Below, one piece after another: positions 61,491-64,000 of a DNA stretch of 64,000 bases; the first letter of the stretch is position 1; each line of letters starts with the position of its first letter. This DNA is from a virus (taxonomy: Duplodnaviria; Heunggongvirae; Uroviricota; Caudoviricetes): IMG/VR virus record IMGVR_UViG_3300031133_000383, positions 373,044 through 437,043 of that record, one strand, 5' to 3'. The notes under the pieces are model-generated. The model saw only the letters and a list, made by a program, of their open reading frames with translations. It made no database searches and was not told the DNA's origin. A program made the position numbers and the translations under genes.

Positions 61491-61877
61491 ATGGAACTTA
61501 CTGATTCGCAAATTGAACTGTTAGAAAAACACAATTGGTCGGTAGATTACTTTTTTGATGGTCCGGCAGGTTTTTTGCTAACTCATTTTGAAGGTTCAGT
61601 TATTCATAACTCTCATGTGGCTCTAGCTTCTTTGCTGGAAGAGCTTCTTCATGAGGATGTAGTCACTGTATTGTCAGATGCCGAAGAAGAAGAACGTGAT
61701 TCAGTTGCCACACCTTCATTAACTAATCTAGAAATTTTAACTCATTTTGATTATGTTATGGAATGTGAATCACCTTTGGAAATTTCTTTTCCTGATAGTG
61801 ATGAGTTTGTTTCTGGCTGGGGTGCGGTATCACTTATTAATGGATTGCGAGATCAGCTAAAAAATACAATTATTTAA
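61491..61877 (+). CDS. acidic hypothetical protein
   Basis: GGAG RBS; ECESPLEI. Confidence 0.75.
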   Translation: MELTDSQIELLEKHNWSVDYFFDGPAGFLLTHFEGSVIHNSHVALASLLEELLHEDVVTVLSDAEEEERDSVATPSLTNLEILTHFDYVMECESPLEISFPDSDEFVSGWGAVSLINGLRDQLKNTII

Positions 61878-61922
61878 TTTTAAATATTCTTTGCCCACTT
61901 ACTTATCAAGAGAACACTTCTT

Positions 61923-62333
61923 ATGTTTATCAATCCTTATACTGACGTTAATGTATCTACTGGTCAATTACATTTCCGTGATGCTTTGAATAATATTATT
62001 GAACGTACAGAGCAAGAACATCCTTATAGCTTTTCAAACCATTGTACATGGGTTGCTAATGAGAGCGTATTGGCTAAAGCAGAAAAGCTGATTAATTCAG
62101 GAGTTGTTTATTCTGATCGTATGTTTGAAGCGGATGCTGACAAATACGATCAATCTTGCAGAGATATTTTTAACAATCAAGGCCAGAATTTTTCGAGCCG
62201 TTTGCCTAAAGATATTGAAAAGATGTTGCGTCTGTACTTTGATACTTCATCCCTTGTATTAACCCACATTTATAAATCTTGTAATGTAAGTAATGGTTTT
62301 CCGACTTGGGCTTTTACTTATTGCTACGAATAA
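61923..62333 (+). CDS. hypothetical phage protein
   Basis: HPYSF, VYSDR, NVSNGFP motifs. Confidence 0.8.
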   Translation: MFINPYTDVNVSTGQLHFRDALNNIIERTEQEHPYSFSNHCTWVANESVLAKAEKLINSGVVYSDRMFEADADKYDQSCRDIFNNQGQNFSSRLPKDIEKMLRLYFDTSSLVLTHIYKSCNVSNGFPTWAFTYCYE

Positions 62334-62500
62334 GGTATACTCATGAAAGAATTCCAGCAAGATCTGCAGTTCTTACTGCAAATTCATTGAAGAATTCATT
62401 ATTGACGAAAATTTTGACGCAATTCTATAACATTTTTTATTGCTTAATAATGGTTATTTTGTTATAATCAAAGCATCTAACCCATTAAGAGGAAGCTGTC

Positions 62501-62995
62501 ATGAGTTACCAACAAAAGCAACTTGCCAAGGCCATTAAGATTGCAGCTTCTGCTCATGTCAATGATTTTGATAAAGGAGGACAAGCTTATATTCTACACC
62601 CTATGCGGGTCATGAATGGCCTTGAAAGCAAAGATCCCGAAGTAATGCAAATTGCTATTCTTCATGATGTCATTGAAGACTGTAAAGACTGGTCGTGTCA
62701 ACGACTTCGTGAAGAAGGTTTTTCTGAACGTGTTCTCACTGCCTTGAACTTGATGTCAAAAACTGATGAAGACCACGAAGCGGGTGACGAAGGCTATTTT
62801 AACTATATTCGTCGTATGTTTGGCAATATTGATGCGATATTGGTCAAAATGTCTGATATTCGTGATAATAGTCAAGTGACTCGATTGAAAGGTTTGCGTG
62901 AAAAAGATACAAAACGTATGGTTAAATATGCTAGGGCTTATCAAATGCTAGAAAAGCGTCTTGAAGAAATTCGCACAGCTTGCATGAGTAAGTAG
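62501..62995 (+). CDS. HD-domain phosphohydrolase, small (p)ppGpp-hydrolase-like
   Basis: AH..DKGGQAYILHP, LHDVIED, VKMSDIRDN. Confidence 0.88.
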   Translation: MSYQQKQLAKAIKIAASAHVNDFDKGGQAYILHPMRVMNGLESKDPEVMQIAILHDVIEDCKDWSCQRLREEGFSERVLTALNLMSKTDEDHEAGDEGYFNYIRRMFGNIDAILVKMSDIRDNSQVTRLKGLREKDTKRMVKYARAYQMLEKRLEEIRTACMSK

Positions 62996-63058
62996 TTTAA
63001 TCAATATTGAATATAATGCAGTCTTGATGGCTGCATTTTTTTTGGGAGTTATACAAAA

Positions 63059-63631
63059 ATGACTAGTTCATTTCAATATGAGATTGTAGAAAAATCTTAT
63101 CATCAATTAAACAATATTTATATTCGTAGTTTGAACCCAACGAATGTTGCTAACTTATCTGTTGATGCTATTGAAAAGCTTTTTTTATCAAATGAGCTTT
63201 TTGTACTAGATTCTAGTGGCTTATCTTATATTGAAAGTATATCATCCCGTTTATTCAATTCAATTCATTATCCAAACTTGGTCGTTAACGTTAAATTCTT
63301 TGAAAGACTGCTTGATTCATCTGAAAAATTTGAAGTTTATTATTATCTGTTTTCAAAAAATTTCAATCTTTCTGGCAATTCTACAAAAAAATTGAAGCCT
63401 TATTGTTTTGACAATAAATATTCAAGCAGCTTTGAGTTGTTGGATGGTTCTGCTGATGCCTATACCATTAAATCAACACTTAAAAAAATTCGTAAATACA
63501 CTAAAAAGACTTCATTTATTAAAACTTTTTATTCTATACGAACAAATTCTTTTTTTGATGCCGTTTTCCCTTGTTCTCATGATTATATTGTGCCAACATT
63601 TTTAAAATATTCACCCTTTGAAATCAATTAG
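63059..63631 (+). CDS. hypothetical protein probably truncated by IS insertion
   Basis: Last codons (PFEIN*) come from the IS left end. Confidence 0.65.
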   Translation: MTSSFQYEIVEKSYHQLNNIYIRSLNPTNVANLSVDAIEKLFLSNELFVLDSSGLSYIESISSRLFNSIHYPNLVVNVKFFERLLDSSEKFEVYYYLFSKNFNLSGNSTKKLKPYCFDNKYSSSFELLDGSADAYTIKSTLKKIRKYTKKTSFIKTFYSIRTNSFFDAVFPCSHDYIVPTFLKYSPFEIN

Positions 63632-64000
63632 AGACTTGGAAGCCTCGTCCTTCAGGGCGGGGAGGAATAGTCTCTTATGTCTTCTTTCAATTGACAACTT
63701 ATTGAATGTTGACTTTTATTTTTAGTCTCCTATAATATTTTCTATTATTTTGTCAACTTGTTTATATGTTGTCTTAGGAGAAACATTTGAAGCTTAACAC
63801 TAAAAAGAAAAATCCATTGATTGAGACTAGAGTCTGCCAAATGTGGCTTAATTCTCTTTCTTCTTTCGATCACGATTTTCTTTTTAAACTTTCTACTCAT
63901 TCTTCTCTTATGTACAATTTTGCACTTTATCAAATTCGGCAAAACTATTTTAAATCAAATTTATTGTCTTTTAAAGATAATTATCATTTATGTAAAAACA
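63615..64000 (+). mobile_element. second copy of the IS1341-type element (left end, cut by window edge)
   Basis: Highly similar to the reverse complement of ~49390-49777. Confidence 0.9.
63787..64000 (+). CDS. tnpB: TnpB N-terminus (partial)
   Basis: TTG start, MKLNTKKKNPLIETRVCQMWLNSL, matching the 49605 TnpB. Confidence 0.88.
   Translation, partial: MKLNTKKKNPLIETRVCQMWLNSLSSFDHDFLFKLSTHSSLMYNFALYQIRQNYFKSNLLSFKDNYHLCKN

Overview
AT-rich (roughly 30% GC by eye), gene-dense window that reads like the accessory/early region of a jumbo bacteriophage; a phage-like megaplasmid cannot be excluded because no virion or replication genes lie here. SCP2 and SlyB-like proteins recall Pseudomonas-type Gammaproteobacterial homologs (from recall, not searched). 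Most genes are small, monocistronic hypothetical ORFs with sigma70-like promoters and intrinsic terminators. Recognisable genes: TrpRS, NAD kinase, HD/(p)ppGpp-hydrolase-like protein, CDF metal exporter, DsbA-like protein, two GNATs, MmcQ/YjbR, HNH and DEDD nucleases, and three TnpB (IS200/IS605) elements, one truncated by the window end. There are 11 tRNAs, one with an amber-suppressor CUA anticodon. Unexplained structure: (1) three families of repeated, covarying, pseudoknotted non-coding RNAs co-transcribed with tRNAs, plus several single-copy structured RNAs; (2) two paralogous tRNA-Phe-like RNAs with conserved 6-nt anticodon loops; (3) a ~440-nt transcription unit of 102-nt-periodic strong Shine-Dalgarno + start-stop minigenes; (4) about 16 otherwise divergent proteins sharing a C-terminal M-x-x-hydrophobic-COOH signature.
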